From: an uncultured Gemmatimonadaceae bacterium
GTDB taxonomy: Bacteria; Gemmatimonadota; Gemmatimonadetes; Gemmatimonadales; Gemmatimonadaceae
Direction of reading: 5' to 3'
NCBI GenBank assembly: GCA_963716745.1
Contig: OY970320.1
Coordinates: forward strand, 2,496,001 to 2,560,000
Length of the DNA: 64,000 bases
The stretch's first letter is position 1; the number at the start of each line of letters is the position of its first letter. Positions 40,945-51,735 of this stretch are shown piece after piece. The notes under the pieces were generated by a model. The model saw nothing but the letters and a program-made list of their open reading frames with translations, made no database searches and was not told the DNA's origin. The translations under genes were made by a program, and so were the position numbers.

Positions 40945-41878
40945 ACCGGTCCCCCGCTCTCACGCCACGCCCGCGGAACCATTCGGCGGCCGTGACGCGC
41001 TTGCTGCCGCTGGGCTGCACTTGGTGCACGCGCACGGCGCCGTCGCCGCAGGTGACGAGCATGCCGGCATCGCCCACGGCGAGTACCGTGCCATAGGGCG
41101 CGTCACGGCTGTCGCCGGCCTCGTCGGTCTCCGTCGCGCCGAAGAGTTTCACTTCCGCGTCGCGGAGCACCGTGAAGGCGCCGGGCTTGGGATCATAGGC
41201 GCGGATCGTGCGCGCCACCACGCCGCAGCCCTCCTGCCAATTCACGCGCGCCATCTCGCGCTCGATCTTGGGCGCGTACGTCGCCGCCGCGTCGTCCTGC
41301 GGCCGTTCGGTCGCCTGGCCGACCTGCAGCAGCGTGAGCGACTCGATGAGCGCGAGCGCGCCGAGCTCGGAGAGGCGCAATTCGAGCTCGCCCGCGGTCT
41401 CGTCGCGTTCGACGGGCGTGCGCGCCTGCAGGACGATGGGGCCGGCGTCGAGCGCGAGCACCATGCGCATGATCGTCACGCCGGTCTCGAGCATCCCGTC
41501 GCGGATCGCGGCCTGGATCGGCGCCGCGCCGCGGAATTTCGGCAGGAGCGATGCATGCACGTTGAGCGTGCCGTGGGCGGGGAGATCGATCACGTCCTGC
41601 TTGAGGATGTGCCCGTACGACGCGACGATCGAGACTTCCGGCTCGAGCGCGCGCAGCGCGTTCAGGAAATCGTCGCCGCGCGGCTTCTCGGGCTGGAACA
41701 GCGGCAGCGCCTCTTCGACCGCCACCTCTTTCACCGGCGACGGCACGAGCGTGGAGCGCGAGCGGCCGGCGGCGCGGTCGGGCTGCGTGACGACGCCCAC
41801 CACGTCGAACCCCTCTCCCAGCAGCGCGCGCAGCGACGGCACCGCGAACGCCGACGTGCCCCAGAAGAGGGTGCGCAC
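40934..41878 (-). CDS. fmt: Methionyl-tRNA formyltransferase
   Basis: VVTQPDR, NVHASLLPKFRGAAPIQ, LDAG. Confidence 0.96.
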   Translation of the reverse strand: MRTLFWGTSAFAVPSLRALLGEGFDVVGVVTQPDRAAGRSRSTLVPSPVKEVAVEEALPLFQPEKPRGDDFLNALRALEPEVSIVASYGHILKQDVIDLPAHGTLNVHASLLPKFRGAAPIQAAIRDGMLETGVTIMRMVLALDAGPIVLQARTPVERDETAGELELRLSELGALALIESLTLLQVGQATERPQDDAAATYAPKIEREMARVNWQEGCGVVARTIRAYDPKPGAFTVLRDAEVKLFGATETDEAGDSRDAPYGTVLAVGDAGMLVTCGDGAVRVHQVQPSGSKRVTAAEWFRGRGVRAGDRFGS

Positions 41879-42435
41879 TACAGCTCCTCGTCGCGGTGGT
41901 GATGCTCCGCGGCTTCGCCCGGGATGATCTTGCGCGTGAGCGCGCGATCCTCGCCGTGGCCCTTCCGGTATTTCGAGATCGCGGCGCGCTTCTTGAGGAG
42001 GCTCAGATAGTCGATGAAGAGCTTGCCGTGCAGATGGTCGATCTCGTGCTGCAGGCATCGCGCGAGCAGATCGGTGGCCTCGACCTCCACGGGCGCGCCA
42101 TCGAGCCCCATCGCGCGCACGACGACGCGCGTGGCGCGTTCCACGTCGCCGTACACGTCGGGGATCGACAGGCAGCCCTCTTCGCCCATCTCGGCGCCCT
42201 CGGCCAGGGTGATCTCCGGATTGAAGAGCACGTGCTTCGCGCCATCCACGTCCACCACGCAGAGCCGTTCGCGCCGCCCCACCTGCGGCGCGGCGAGTCC
42301 GATCCCCTTCGCCGCGTACATCGTCTCGAACATGTCCTCCGCGAGGCGGCGCAGTTCGTCGGTGACCGCGGCCACCGGCCGCGTCACCTCGCGAAGGATC
42401 GGCGCGTCGAGCAGGTAGATGTCGAGCAGGCTCAC
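41878..42435 (-). CDS. def: Peptide deformylase
   Basis: GIGLAAPQVG, EGCLS, QHEIDHL. Confidence 0.97.
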   Translation of the reverse strand: MSLLDIYLLDAPILREVTRPVAAVTDELRRLAEDMFETMYAAKGIGLAAPQVGRRERLCVVDVDGAKHVLFNPEITLAEGAEMGEEGCLSIPDVYGDVERATRVVVRAMGLDGAPVEVEATDLLARCLQHEIDHLHGKLFIDYLSLLKKRAAISKYRKGHGEDRALTRKIIPGEAAEHHHRDEEL

Positions 42436-42803
42436 GAGCTCGGCGCGGCCTCGGCGGTCTTGGGCGTGACCTTGGCGATCTTGCCGCGCTCCACCACGAG
42501 CTTCGCTTCGCCCGAGCGGATCGTGATCAGGTCATCGAGCGTCGCGACCGACGTCGCCGTCCGTGACCTTCTGTTGCAGGTGGACGACGTGCGCGACGAT
42601 GCCGCCCGTCGTCACGATCTCATCGCCCTTCTTGAGCGCGAGGAGCATCGCCTCCTGCTGCTTCCGCTGCTTCTGCTGCGGGCGGATGATGATGAAATAG
42701 AAGATGGCGACCATCGCGCCGATCTGGAACACGAAAGGCATGAGGCTCGACGAGCCGCCGGGTGCGTTCTGCATGAGCGCGAGTGCGAAAGAGAGATTCA
42801 TCA

Positions 42804-42804
<1 letters not shown>
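42432..42804 (-). CDS. yajC: Preprotein translocase subunit YajC (frameshift near 42550)
   Basis: FYFIIIRPQQK, LKKGDEIVTTGG. Follows tgt. Confidence 0.9.
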
Positions 42805-43967
<1,163 letters not shown>

Positions 43968-43980
43968 CTACTTGTTACGA

Positions 43981-44137
43981 ACCGCTGCCGGCGGGGGTGG
44001 CACCGCTACGGCGGGCTTGGTACCGCTGAGGGCGGCGTGTGTCGGCGCGATTGGCGTTGGGGCCGCACGCCATGCCATATCAACGCCAACCGCCGTCAGC
44101 GGTGCCAGTACCCGTCTCCGCGGTACCAACGTCGCCG
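43981..44137. repeat. Second copy of the GGTACC/GCGTTG palindromic element
   Basis: Shares GCGGG..TGGTACCGC, TTGGCGTTGGGG, CAACGCCAAC and GCGGTACCA with 19195-19311. Confidence 0.7.
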
Positions 44138-44144
44138 TCATCCG

Positions 44145-45194
44145 TTAGATGATCACCATCGCGTCCCCATACGAGTAGAACCTGTACCCCTCCTCCAGCG
44201 CGACAGCGATACGCCGCATGGTGAGTTCATATCCCGCCATCGCCGCCACCAGCATGAGCAGCGTGGATCGCGGCAGATGGAAATTCGTGAGCAATTTGTC
44301 CACGACCTTGAACTCATACCCCGGCCTGATGAACAGCCGCGTCTCCCCCCGCCCGGCGGTCACGATGCGCCCTTCAGCTGCCGCGCTCTCCAGCACACGC
44401 GCGCTCGTCGTGCCCACCGCCCACACATTCCCGCCCGCCGCGCGCACCTCCGCGATCGTGTGCGCCGCGCTCTCGCTCACCTCATACGGTTCTTCGTGCA
44501 TCACGTGCGCCGCGGGATCCTCCACTTCCACCGGCTTGAACGTGCCCGCGCCCACGTGCAGCAGCACTTCAACGCGACGCACGCCGCGCGCCTCGAGACG
44601 CTCGAGCAGTTCCGGCGTGAAATGCAGTCCCGCCGTGGGCGCCGCCACCGAGCCCAGCTCACGCGAGTACACGGTCTGATACCGCTCCGCATCGGCCGCG
44701 CCGTCGGGCCGCGCGATGTACGGCGGCAGTGGCACGTGTCCATGCCGCTCGATCGCCGCCGTCGCGCCCTCCGCCGCATGCAGCCGCACGACGCGCGTGC
44801 CACGTTCGGTGGTCTCGACGATCTCCACGTCGAACCCCGGTGCGATGTGCAGCACGCGCTCCGGCTTCAGCTTCGCACCGGGATGCACCATCGCCTCCCA
44901 TCGCTCTTCATCGAGCGCGCGCAGCAGCATCACCTCGCCCGGCGCACCGGAGTCGCGCGTGCCCAATAGTCGCGCGCGCATCACGCGCGTGGTGTTCACC
45001 ACCAGCGCATCGCCCGGCGCGATCAGCGATTCGATCTCTCCGAATGCGCGATGCGCGATGGTCCCGTGCTCGCGGTCGAGCACCATGAGGCGGCTCGCGT
45101 CGCGGCGCGCCGCCGGCGACTGGGCGATCCGGCCATCCGGGAGCGTGAACTCATAATCCGCGCTGCGGAGTCCGCGCGCGTCCGGCGCGTTCAC
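44145..45194 (-). CDS. queA: S-adenosylmethionine:tRNA ribosyltransferase-isomerase
   Basis: PLPPYI, YQTVY, GSVAAPTAGLHF, TNFHLP, YRFYSYGDAM. Confidence 0.96.
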   Translation of the reverse strand: MNAPDARGLRSADYEFTLPDGRIAQSPAARRDASRLMVLDREHGTIAHRAFGEIESLIAPGDALVVNTTRVMRARLLGTRDSGAPGEVMLLRALDEERWEAMVHPGAKLKPERVLHIAPGFDVEIVETTERGTRVVRLHAAEGATAAIERHGHVPLPPYIARPDGAADAERYQTVYSRELGSVAAPTAGLHFTPELLERLEARGVRRVEVLLHVGAGTFKPVEVEDPAAHVMHEEPYEVSESAAHTIAEVRAAGGNVWAVGTTSARVLESAAAEGRIVTAGRGETRLFIRPGYEFKVVDKLLTNFHLPRSTLLMLVAAMAGYELTMRRIAVALEEGYRFYSYGDAMVII

Positions 45195-47398
45195 TCGAGA
45201 ACGGTGATCGACGAGGTCTGCCGTGTGGTGGCGTTGGAGACGAGGTCGGTCACGTCCACGGTCACCGTGTAGCGGCCCGCCGGCGCTCCGCCGAGCTCGA
45301 GCGAGACGAAGTCCACGAGCACGTCGCTGGCCGGCGTCTCGCGCGGGAAGGTGAGCGATACTTTGTCCTCGCCACTCGCGGAGAGACCCACCGCGCTCGC
45401 GACCCCGCCCACGATCTTCGCGACGAATCCGCCGAAGCCGCCGGGCCGCACGCGCTGGACGGTCACGGTCACATTGTACCGGTCGTTGCCGCGCTGCGGT
45501 GTGAGGCCGTACGTCTCCCAGAGCAGAGAGAAGGCGTGGCCCTTCTTCACGAAGCCCATGTTCGGCGCGATCAGGAAATCCGACCATCGCTCGGCGCCTA
45601 CCTTGCGCGGCGTGACCTGCTCGGCGACGAGCAGATCGCTGAGGCCGAATCCGGACTCTCCCACCATCTCGATGCGGCTGGCCGCGCGCGCGCCGCGCCG
45701 CGCGTCGGGCTGGAGCGCCTCCACGCGGTACAGGAACGATCCGGCATGCAGCCGCGTGCGCCAGGCGCGCACTTCCACGGGATCGGTGTGGGTGAAGTCG
45801 ATCAATTCATGGATGTGCCGCACGAACACCGGGCGCCCGCGCCAGGTGAATGCGCTGATCGAGATGTCCATCGCGCCGCGCGCGAGGTCCACGTCCTCGA
45901 TCATGCGCGCGATCGGCAGCGCCGCGGCGACGAACACATCGCCCGAATCGCTGCCGGCGCGGAAGCGCACGAGCTGCACCGCGATCGAGTCCACCATGTT
46001 CCGCTCGCCGACGTTCGTGAACACGACCGGGATCGTGTCGCGCAGGCGCTCGAGTTCCTTCTGATCCTCGGGCTCCAGTCGCGCGATCCCGTAGGTGGGC
46101 AGCTGGCGGAACAGGAACGCTTCGTCCTTCGTGTACCACCAGAGCTGGTGCAGTTGCATCTCATTCTGGCGCGTCGGGTCCGGCGGGAACGAGATCACCG
46201 CGGGCGGCGGCCCGTAGCGGACGTACACCTCGCCTTCATCGGTGTCCGCGCCGTGCACGTTGAACTCCTCCACGGAGTATCGGAGTTCCGCGAACACTAC
46301 GCGGCTGAGGAATTCGAGGTGATGCTCGTTGTCCGGCGTCGCCCAGAGCGGATCCACCATCAACCAGTACATCTGCGCGTCGGCCGCCTGGTCCGACGGC
46401 GGGAGCCGCGACTGGATCGCGGAATCGCGCGGCGTGGTGACGCGCGAGATCCGGTCGAACCGCGCATGCATGTCGGGAGTCATGTACTTGAGCGCGGAGT
46501 CGAACGCGGCGGCCGCCGCGGGTGCGTCATGCAGCCGGTGCGCCGACATGCCCGCGGCCATCCAGCCCCATGGGTCCTTCGGATACGAGAGCAGCCGCAG
46601 CCGCGCGTTGTGCTGCGCTTCCATCCACCGCTTCCGGTCCACGAGCAGCATCAGCTCGTGGCGGAACGCCCGCTGGTTCTGCGGATCGTTCGCGAGCGCC
46701 GCGCCGAAGTACTGCGCGGCGGTGAGATACTCGACTTGCCCCGACCAATCCTGCGCCGACGCGCGGATGTCCTCGTTGTCCACGAAGTACGCGATCGAGC
46801 GCGGATCCCTCAGGAAGTTGCGGTCCTTCACGTTCTTGATCACCGCGCTGTAGATCGTGCGGTCCGCCTGGTCCACGTATTTCCGCCACCACACGAGCCC
46901 CATCTCGTCCGACGAATAGGAGATCGCGAGCGAGTCGCCCTTCCGGTTCGCGATCTCGAGCGCGTGCTCGAAGAGTCCGCGCGCGTTGCCGCGCGTGCCC
47001 GCCGAGTTCGACGTGAGGTCGAAGCGTCCCAGGTCCACGAGGTACCGCGGCATGTCGGGCGCCAGCTTCACCGCGCGGCGAAGGGAGCTGTCCGCGGCCA
47101 AGAGCAGGGTGTCGTTCGACACACGTTTCATGTAGCCAATGCGGTCCTCGGCGCGCGACATGTGCCAGGCGAGCACGCCGCGCGCGTTCCACGCCGCGGC
47201 GTCGTCCTTGTGGAGCATCACCGCTTCGTCGAGCGCGCGGCGCGCGGCCATGCTGTCACCCGCGCCGAGCAGCGAATCGGCGAGGATCACCTGGTCCTGT
47301 CCCACCTGCGCCGCGAGGCGCGCGGGCACGGATGAGGCGGACGCGAACATCGCGGCGCCAATGAGGGCCGCCGCGGAGAACGACGACGTTCCACGCAT
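45191..47398 (-). CDS. Exported TPR-like + GWxTD-domain protein
   Basis: Signal peptide, DPLWATPDNE..EFLSRV, GADTDEGEVYVRYGPP. Confidence 0.7.
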   Translation of the reverse strand: MRGTSSFSAAALIGAAMFASASSVPARLAAQVGQDQVILADSLLGAGDSMAARRALDEAVMLHKDDAAAWNARGVLAWHMSRAEDRIGYMKRVSNDTLLLAADSSLRRAVKLAPDMPRYLVDLGRFDLTSNSAGTRGNARGLFEHALEIANRKGDSLAISYSSDEMGLVWWRKYVDQADRTIYSAVIKNVKDRNFLRDPRSIAYFVDNEDIRASAQDWSGQVEYLTAAQYFGAALANDPQNQRAFRHELMLLVDRKRWMEAQHNARLRLLSYPKDPWGWMAAGMSAHRLHDAPAAAAAFDSALKYMTPDMHARFDRISRVTTPRDSAIQSRLPPSDQAADAQMYWLMVDPLWATPDNEHHLEFLSRVVFAELRYSVEEFNVHGADTDEGEVYVRYGPPPAVISFPPDPTRQNEMQLHQLWWYTKDEAFLFRQLPTYGIARLEPEDQKELERLRDTIPVVFTNVGERNMVDSIAVQLVRFRAGSDSGDVFVAAALPIARMIEDVDLARGAMDISISAFTWRGRPVFVRHIHELIDFTHTDPVEVRAWRTRLHAGSFLYRVEALQPDARRGARAASRIEMVGESGFGLSDLLVAEQVTPRKVGAERWSDFLIAPNMGFVKKGHAFSLLWETYGLTPQRGNDRYNVTVTVQRVRPGGFGGFVAKIVGGVASAVGLSASGEDKVSLTFPRETPASDVLVDFVSLELGGAPAGRYTVTVDVTDLVSNATTRQTSSITVLE

Positions 47399-47459
47399 GA
47401 TGAATCAATTGCGGTGCGGGCCGCGCACTGTCAAGCGACGCGCGAGCTGTTACACGCCG

Positions 47460-48491
47460 CTAGAGCAACCGCGTTTGTTCCGGGTCGCCGGGACGTGGAA
47501 CTTCGTACCCGAAGTGGCGGTAAGCCTGGGGCGTCGCCATGCGCCCGCGCGGCGTGCGCTGCAGGAAGCCGTTCTGCACGAGGAAAGGTTCGTACACTTC
47601 CTCGATCGTGTTCGCGTCCTCGCCCACCGCCGCGGCGATCGTGTTGATCCCCACCGGGCCGCCGTCGAACTTCTCGATCAAGAGGCGCAGCACGCGCGCG
47701 TCCATGTCGTCGAGTCCGAATTCATCCACCTCGAGCATCTCGAGCGCCTGCTGCGCGACGGCATGCGTGATGCGGCCATCGGATTTCACCTGCGCGTAGT
47801 CGCGCACGCGGCGCAGCAGCCGGTTGGCGACGCGGGGCGTGCCGCGCGCGCGCCGCGCCAGCTCGAGCGTGCCGCCCTTCTCGACCTCCACGCCCACGAC
47901 GTCGGCGGAGCGCGAGACGATCTGCTCGAGATCCTCCACCGGATAGTAGTTGAGCCGCTGCACGATGCCGAAGCGCGCGCGCATCGGCGGCGTGAGCTGG
48001 CCGAACCGCGTGGTGGCGCCGATGAGCGTGAAGTGCTCGATCGGCATGGTCACGGTCTGCGCCTTCGGTCCGTCGGAGAGGCGGATGTCGATCTTGTAGT
48101 CCTCCATCGCCGGATAGAGGAATTCCTCGATGATCGGCCGCAGGCGATGGATCTCGTCGATGAAGAGGATGTCGCCGGCGCGGAGATTCGTGAGCGTGCT
48201 CACGAGATCGCCCGGCTTCTCGAGCGCCGGCCCCGACGTCGCGCGGATGTTGACGCCCATCTCGCGCGCGATGAGCTCCGCGAGCGTGGTCTTGCCGAGG
48301 CCCGGCGGCCCGTAGAAGAGCACGTGGTCCAGCGGCTCTTTGCGCGCCGTGGCCGCGTCGATGTAGATGCGCAGCGCGTCCTTCACCTTGCCCTGTCCGA
48401 TGAATTCCGCGAGCCGCTGCGGCCGCAGCGACAGCTCGACCACGGTCTCCTCGGGGATCGCTTCGGGCGTCGTGATCTCGGCGCGGGTCAT
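47460..48491 (-). CDS. ruvB: Holliday junction helicase RuvB
   Basis: [30 protein letters not shown]. Confidence 0.97.
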   Translation of the reverse strand: MTRAEITTPEAIPEETVVELSLRPQRLAEFIGQGKVKDALRIYIDAATARKEPLDHVLFYGPPGLGKTTLAELIAREMGVNIRATSGPALEKPGDLVSTLTNLRAGDILFIDEIHRLRPIIEEFLYPAMEDYKIDIRLSDGPKAQTVTMPIEHFTLIGATTRFGQLTPPMRARFGIVQRLNYYPVEDLEQIVSRSADVVGVEVEKGGTLELARRARGTPRVANRLLRRVRDYAQVKSDGRITHAVAQQALEMLEVDEFGLDDMDARVLRLLIEKFDGGPVGINTIAAAVGEDANTIEEVYEPFLVQNGFLQRTPRGRMATPQAYRHFGYEVPRPGDPEQTRLL

Positions 48492-48500
48492 GGCTACAGG

Positions 48501-49655
48501 TTAGACGTGCGCTCTGACCTTCGCCAGCCGCTCCGCCGCCTTCTCGAGCGTCGCGAGTTGCTTGCAGAAGGCGAAGCGCACGATGGTCTTCCCGCCATTC
48601 GCGTGATAGAAACTCGACCCCGGCACCGTCGCGACGCCGATCTCTTTGGTCATCCAGTGCGCGAACTTCGTGTCGTCGAGGTCGCTCATCGCCGAGAAAT
48701 CGGCCATGATGTAGTAGGCGCCTTCGGGCACGCTGAACGCGAAGCCCGCCTCCGTGAGCCCCTTCACCATCACGTCGCGGCGCGCGCGGTACTCGAGCCC
48801 CATCTGGTTGTAGTACTCGGCTCCGAACGCCATCCCCACCGCCGCGGCCTGCTGCAGCGGCGCGGGCGCCCCCACCGTGAGGAAATCGTGCACCTTGCGG
48901 ATGGCGACACTCTCGTTGGCCGGCGCGATCGCGTAGCCGAGCCGCCAGCCCGTGCAGGCGAACGTCTTCGAGTGGCCGGAGATCGTCACCGTGCGCTCGG
49001 CCATCCCGGGCCATGTCGCCAACACATGATGGTCGCCCGCGTAACGAATGTGCTCGTAGATCTCGTCGGTGAACGCCCACAGGTCGTGCTCGATGCACAG
49101 CGCCGCGATCGCATCCATCTCGGCGCGCGTGAACACGCGCCCCGTCGGGTTGTGCGGCGTGTTCACGACGATCGCTTTGGTCTTCTTCGTCACCGCCTTG
49201 CGCAGCCGGTCGAGGTCGAGCGTCCAGTTCGGCGGCTCGAGCGGCACGAACACCGGCTTCGCTTCGGCAAGGATCGCGTCGGGGCCGTAGTTCTCGTACC
49301 ACGGCTCGAAGATGATGACCTCGTCGCCGGGGTCGATCATCGCGAGGAACACCGCCGCCATCGCCTCCGTGGCCCCGCACGTCACCGTCACGTGCTTGTC
49401 GGGATCCACCGGCATGTTGTACCAGCGACGGTACTTCTCGGCGATCGCGAGCCGCAGCGGCGCCGCGCCCCACGTCACCGCGTACTGGTTGATGTCGCCG
49501 TGGATCGCCGCGCAGGCCGCGTCCTTCATCGCTTCGGGCATCGGGAAATCGGGAAAGCCCTGCGCGAGATTCAGCGCGCCGTGCTCGGTCGCGACCCGCG
49601 TCATCTCGCGGATCACGCTCTCGGTGAACGTGTGCGTGCGGCGGGCAGTGCTCAC
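48501..49655 (-). CDS. Class I/II PLP aminotransferase
   Basis: NLAQGFPDF, NTPHNPTG, DEIYE, SKTFACTGWRLG. Confidence 0.93.
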   Translation of the reverse strand: MSTARRTHTFTESVIREMTRVATEHGALNLAQGFPDFPMPEAMKDAACAAIHGDINQYAVTWGAAPLRLAIAEKYRRWYNMPVDPDKHVTVTCGATEAMAAVFLAMIDPGDEVIIFEPWYENYGPDAILAEAKPVFVPLEPPNWTLDLDRLRKAVTKKTKAIVVNTPHNPTGRVFTRAEMDAIAALCIEHDLWAFTDEIYEHIRYAGDHHVLATWPGMAERTVTISGHSKTFACTGWRLGYAIAPANESVAIRKVHDFLTVGAPAPLQQAAAVGMAFGAEYYNQMGLEYRARRDVMVKGLTEAGFAFSVPEGAYYIMADFSAMSDLDDTKFAHWMTKEIGVATVPGSSFYHANGGKTIVRFAFCKQLATLEKAAERLAKVRAHV

Positions 49656-50260
49656 TTGCGACCTCCCACTCGAGTGAGTGCGGCGCGGATCAGCTCGGTG
49701 GCCGACGCCGGCCGCCCGTTCGCGTCGAGCGCGGCGCGCACCGCCTTCTCGGCGTCCGCCGCATTGTAACCCAACGACACCAGCGCGCGCACGGCGTCCT
49801 CCGCGTTCGCGCTCTCCGCGCGCGGCGCTCCACCGTCGCGCGCGGCCGGGCTCAGATCATCCAACTTGTCGCCCAGTTCCAGGAAGAGACGCTCGGCCAT
49901 CTTCTGCCCCACGCGCGGCACGCCCTGCAGCGTCGCGCGGTCCTTCTCGCGGATCGCGCGCACGACGCGCTCGGCGCTCAGCGCCGATAGCATGCCGAGC
50001 GCGAGCGCGGGGCCCACGCCGCTCGCGCCGATGAGCTTCTGGAACACGCGCTTCTCGAACGCGCTCGCGAATCCCACGAGGAAGAGCGCGTCATCGCGCA
50101 CCACGAGATGCGTGTGCAGCTGCGCCGGCTCGCCCACCTTGGGCAGCGTCTCGTAGACGCCGAGCGGGATGAGCAATTCGTACGCGACGCCGCCGCTGGT
50201 GAGGATCTCCACGCGGTCGAGCTCTTTCGCGACGAGCGTGCCTTTGAGCTGGGAGATCAT
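49652..50260 (-). CDS. ruvA: Holliday junction DNA-binding protein RuvA
   Basis: MISQLKG, SGVGPALAL, PRVGQKMAERL, ALVSLGY. Confidence 0.95.
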   Translation of the reverse strand: MISQLKGTLVAKELDRVEILTSGGVAYELLIPLGVYETLPKVGEPAQLHTHLVVRDDALFLVGFASAFEKRVFQKLIGASGVGPALALGMLSALSAERVVRAIREKDRATLQGVPRVGQKMAERLFLELGDKLDDLSPAARDGGAPRAESANAEDAVRALVSLGYNAADAEKAVRAALDANGRPASATELIRAALTRVGGRK

Positions 50261-50782
50261 GCGCGGCGCGCGCGCGGTGCGGGTTCGGCGCGCGCGGCGA
50301 TGCGCGCGAGATGCGCGCCCATGAGATGCGCGAGCGCCGCGGCCACGCCGTCGGCCGCGTCGGCCGGCTCCGGCGCGCGCGTGAGACGCAGCAGCTGCGT
50401 CACCATGAATTGCACCTGCACCTTCGTGGCGCCGCCGTTGCCGCACACGGATTTCTTCACCGCCGCGGGTGCGTACTCGTGCACCGGGATCCCGGCCTGC
50501 TCGGCCGCGAGCAGCGCGACGCCGCGCGCGTGCCCGAGCACCACCGTGGTGCGGACGTTCTTCGCGTAGAACACATCCTCGATGGCCAGCGCGTGCGGCT
50601 TGTGCCGCGCGATGAGTTCGGCGATCGCTTCGTGAATGCCGCGCAGGCGGACGGGCAGGGGATCGCGTGCCGGCGTCCGGATCACGCCGCATTCGATGAG
50701 CTTGCGGCGCGCCGTGCGCCTCGCCCGCCACGACGCCGTAGCCGGTGATCGCGGTGCCGGGGTCGATCCCGAGCACGATCAC
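50257..50782 (-). CDS. ruvC: Crossover junction endodeoxyribonuclease RuvC (frameshift near 50705)
   Basis: LGIDPG..ITGYG, AIEDVF, GHARGV, DAADGVA. Confidence 0.93.
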
Positions 50783-50792
50783 GGGTGTCGGC

Positions 50793-51536
50793 TCACGCCT
50801 TGGCCATCTCAGCCAAGTCGATGTCGAAGTTCGATTCCACCTTCTGCACGTCGTCGAGGTCCTCGAGTTCTTCCATTAGCTTGAGCACCGCTTCGGCGTT
50901 CTTCCCCTCGACTTTCACGGAATTCTTGGGGAGCATGGTGATCTCGGCTTCCTGCACCGCGATCTTCTTCGCTTCGAGCGCCGTGCGCACCGCGTGCAGG
51001 TCCGATGGGTCGGTGGTGATCACGAACTGGCCGTCGGCCGTGACGACATCCTCGGCGCCGCCCTCGAGCGCGGCCTCCATCGTCACGTCCTCGGGGAATT
51101 TCGCGGCGTCCACGTAGATCTGCCCCTTCCGGTCGAACATCCACGCCACCGAGTTCGTCGCGCCGAAATTCCCGCCCGCATGCGTGAGCGCGAAGCGCAC
51201 CTCGGCCACCGTGCGAGTGGGATTGTCGGTGAGCGCGTGCACGAGGAGCGCGACGCCGCCAGGACCGTAGCCCTCGTACATCACTTCCACGTAGTCGACG
51301 CCTTCGAGCTCGCCCGTGCCCTTCTTCACCGCGCGCTCGATGTTCTCCTTGGGCATCGACGATGCCCGCGCGGCCTCGATCGCCACGCGCAGGCGCGGGT
51401 TCCCCGTGGGATCACCGCCGCCCGCTTTCGCCGCGACCGTGATCTCGCGGATGAGCTTCGTGAACATGGCGCCACGCTTCTTGTCGGTGGCGGCCTTGTA
51501 GTGCTTGATCTGCTTCCATTTGCTGTGACCAGCCAT
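50793..51536 (-). CDS. yebC: YebC/PmpR family protein
   Basis: MAGHSKW, YEGYGPGG, DDVQKVESN. Confidence 0.96.
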   Translation of the reverse strand: MAGHSKWKQIKHYKAATDKKRGAMFTKLIREITVAAKAGGGDPTGNPRLRVAIEAARASSMPKENIERAVKKGTGELEGVDYVEVMYEGYGPGGVALLVHALTDNPTRTVAEVRFALTHAGGNFGATNSVAWMFDRKGQIYVDAAKFPEDVTMEAALEGGAEDVVTADGQFVITTDPSDLHAVRTALEAKKIAVQEAEITMLPKNSVKVEGKNAEAVLKLMEELEDLDDVQKVESNFDIDLAEMAKA

Positions 51537-51580
51537 GCGACCGCTCCCAAGCGATGCGTGTGACCCGTGATGACGCTACA

Positions 51581-51609
51581 AGGATAAGGCTCGCGGGGCG
51601 CCCTGAGAA
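51581..51609 (-). promoter_or_regulatory. Putative promoter TTCTCA-17-TATCCT for yebC-ruv
   Basis: Same -10 hexamer as the promoter at 4302, with a 17-bp spacer. Confidence 0.4.
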
Positions 51610-51735
51610 GATGAGGCGGGCGCTTCGGAGCGCTTGCACTCGCCCGGACCGCGGGCATATTCTCTCGGCCGCGGTCCACCGACCGCGAGCAGTGCCGGAT
51701 CCTTCGGGAGGTCGCTCGTGCTGAAGTCCCAATCG

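Noticed and set aside
49652..50782. Apparent RuvC-RuvA fusion
   Set aside because: Caused by an indel in ruvC. The true ruvC C-terminus is in the 50257-50685 frame.
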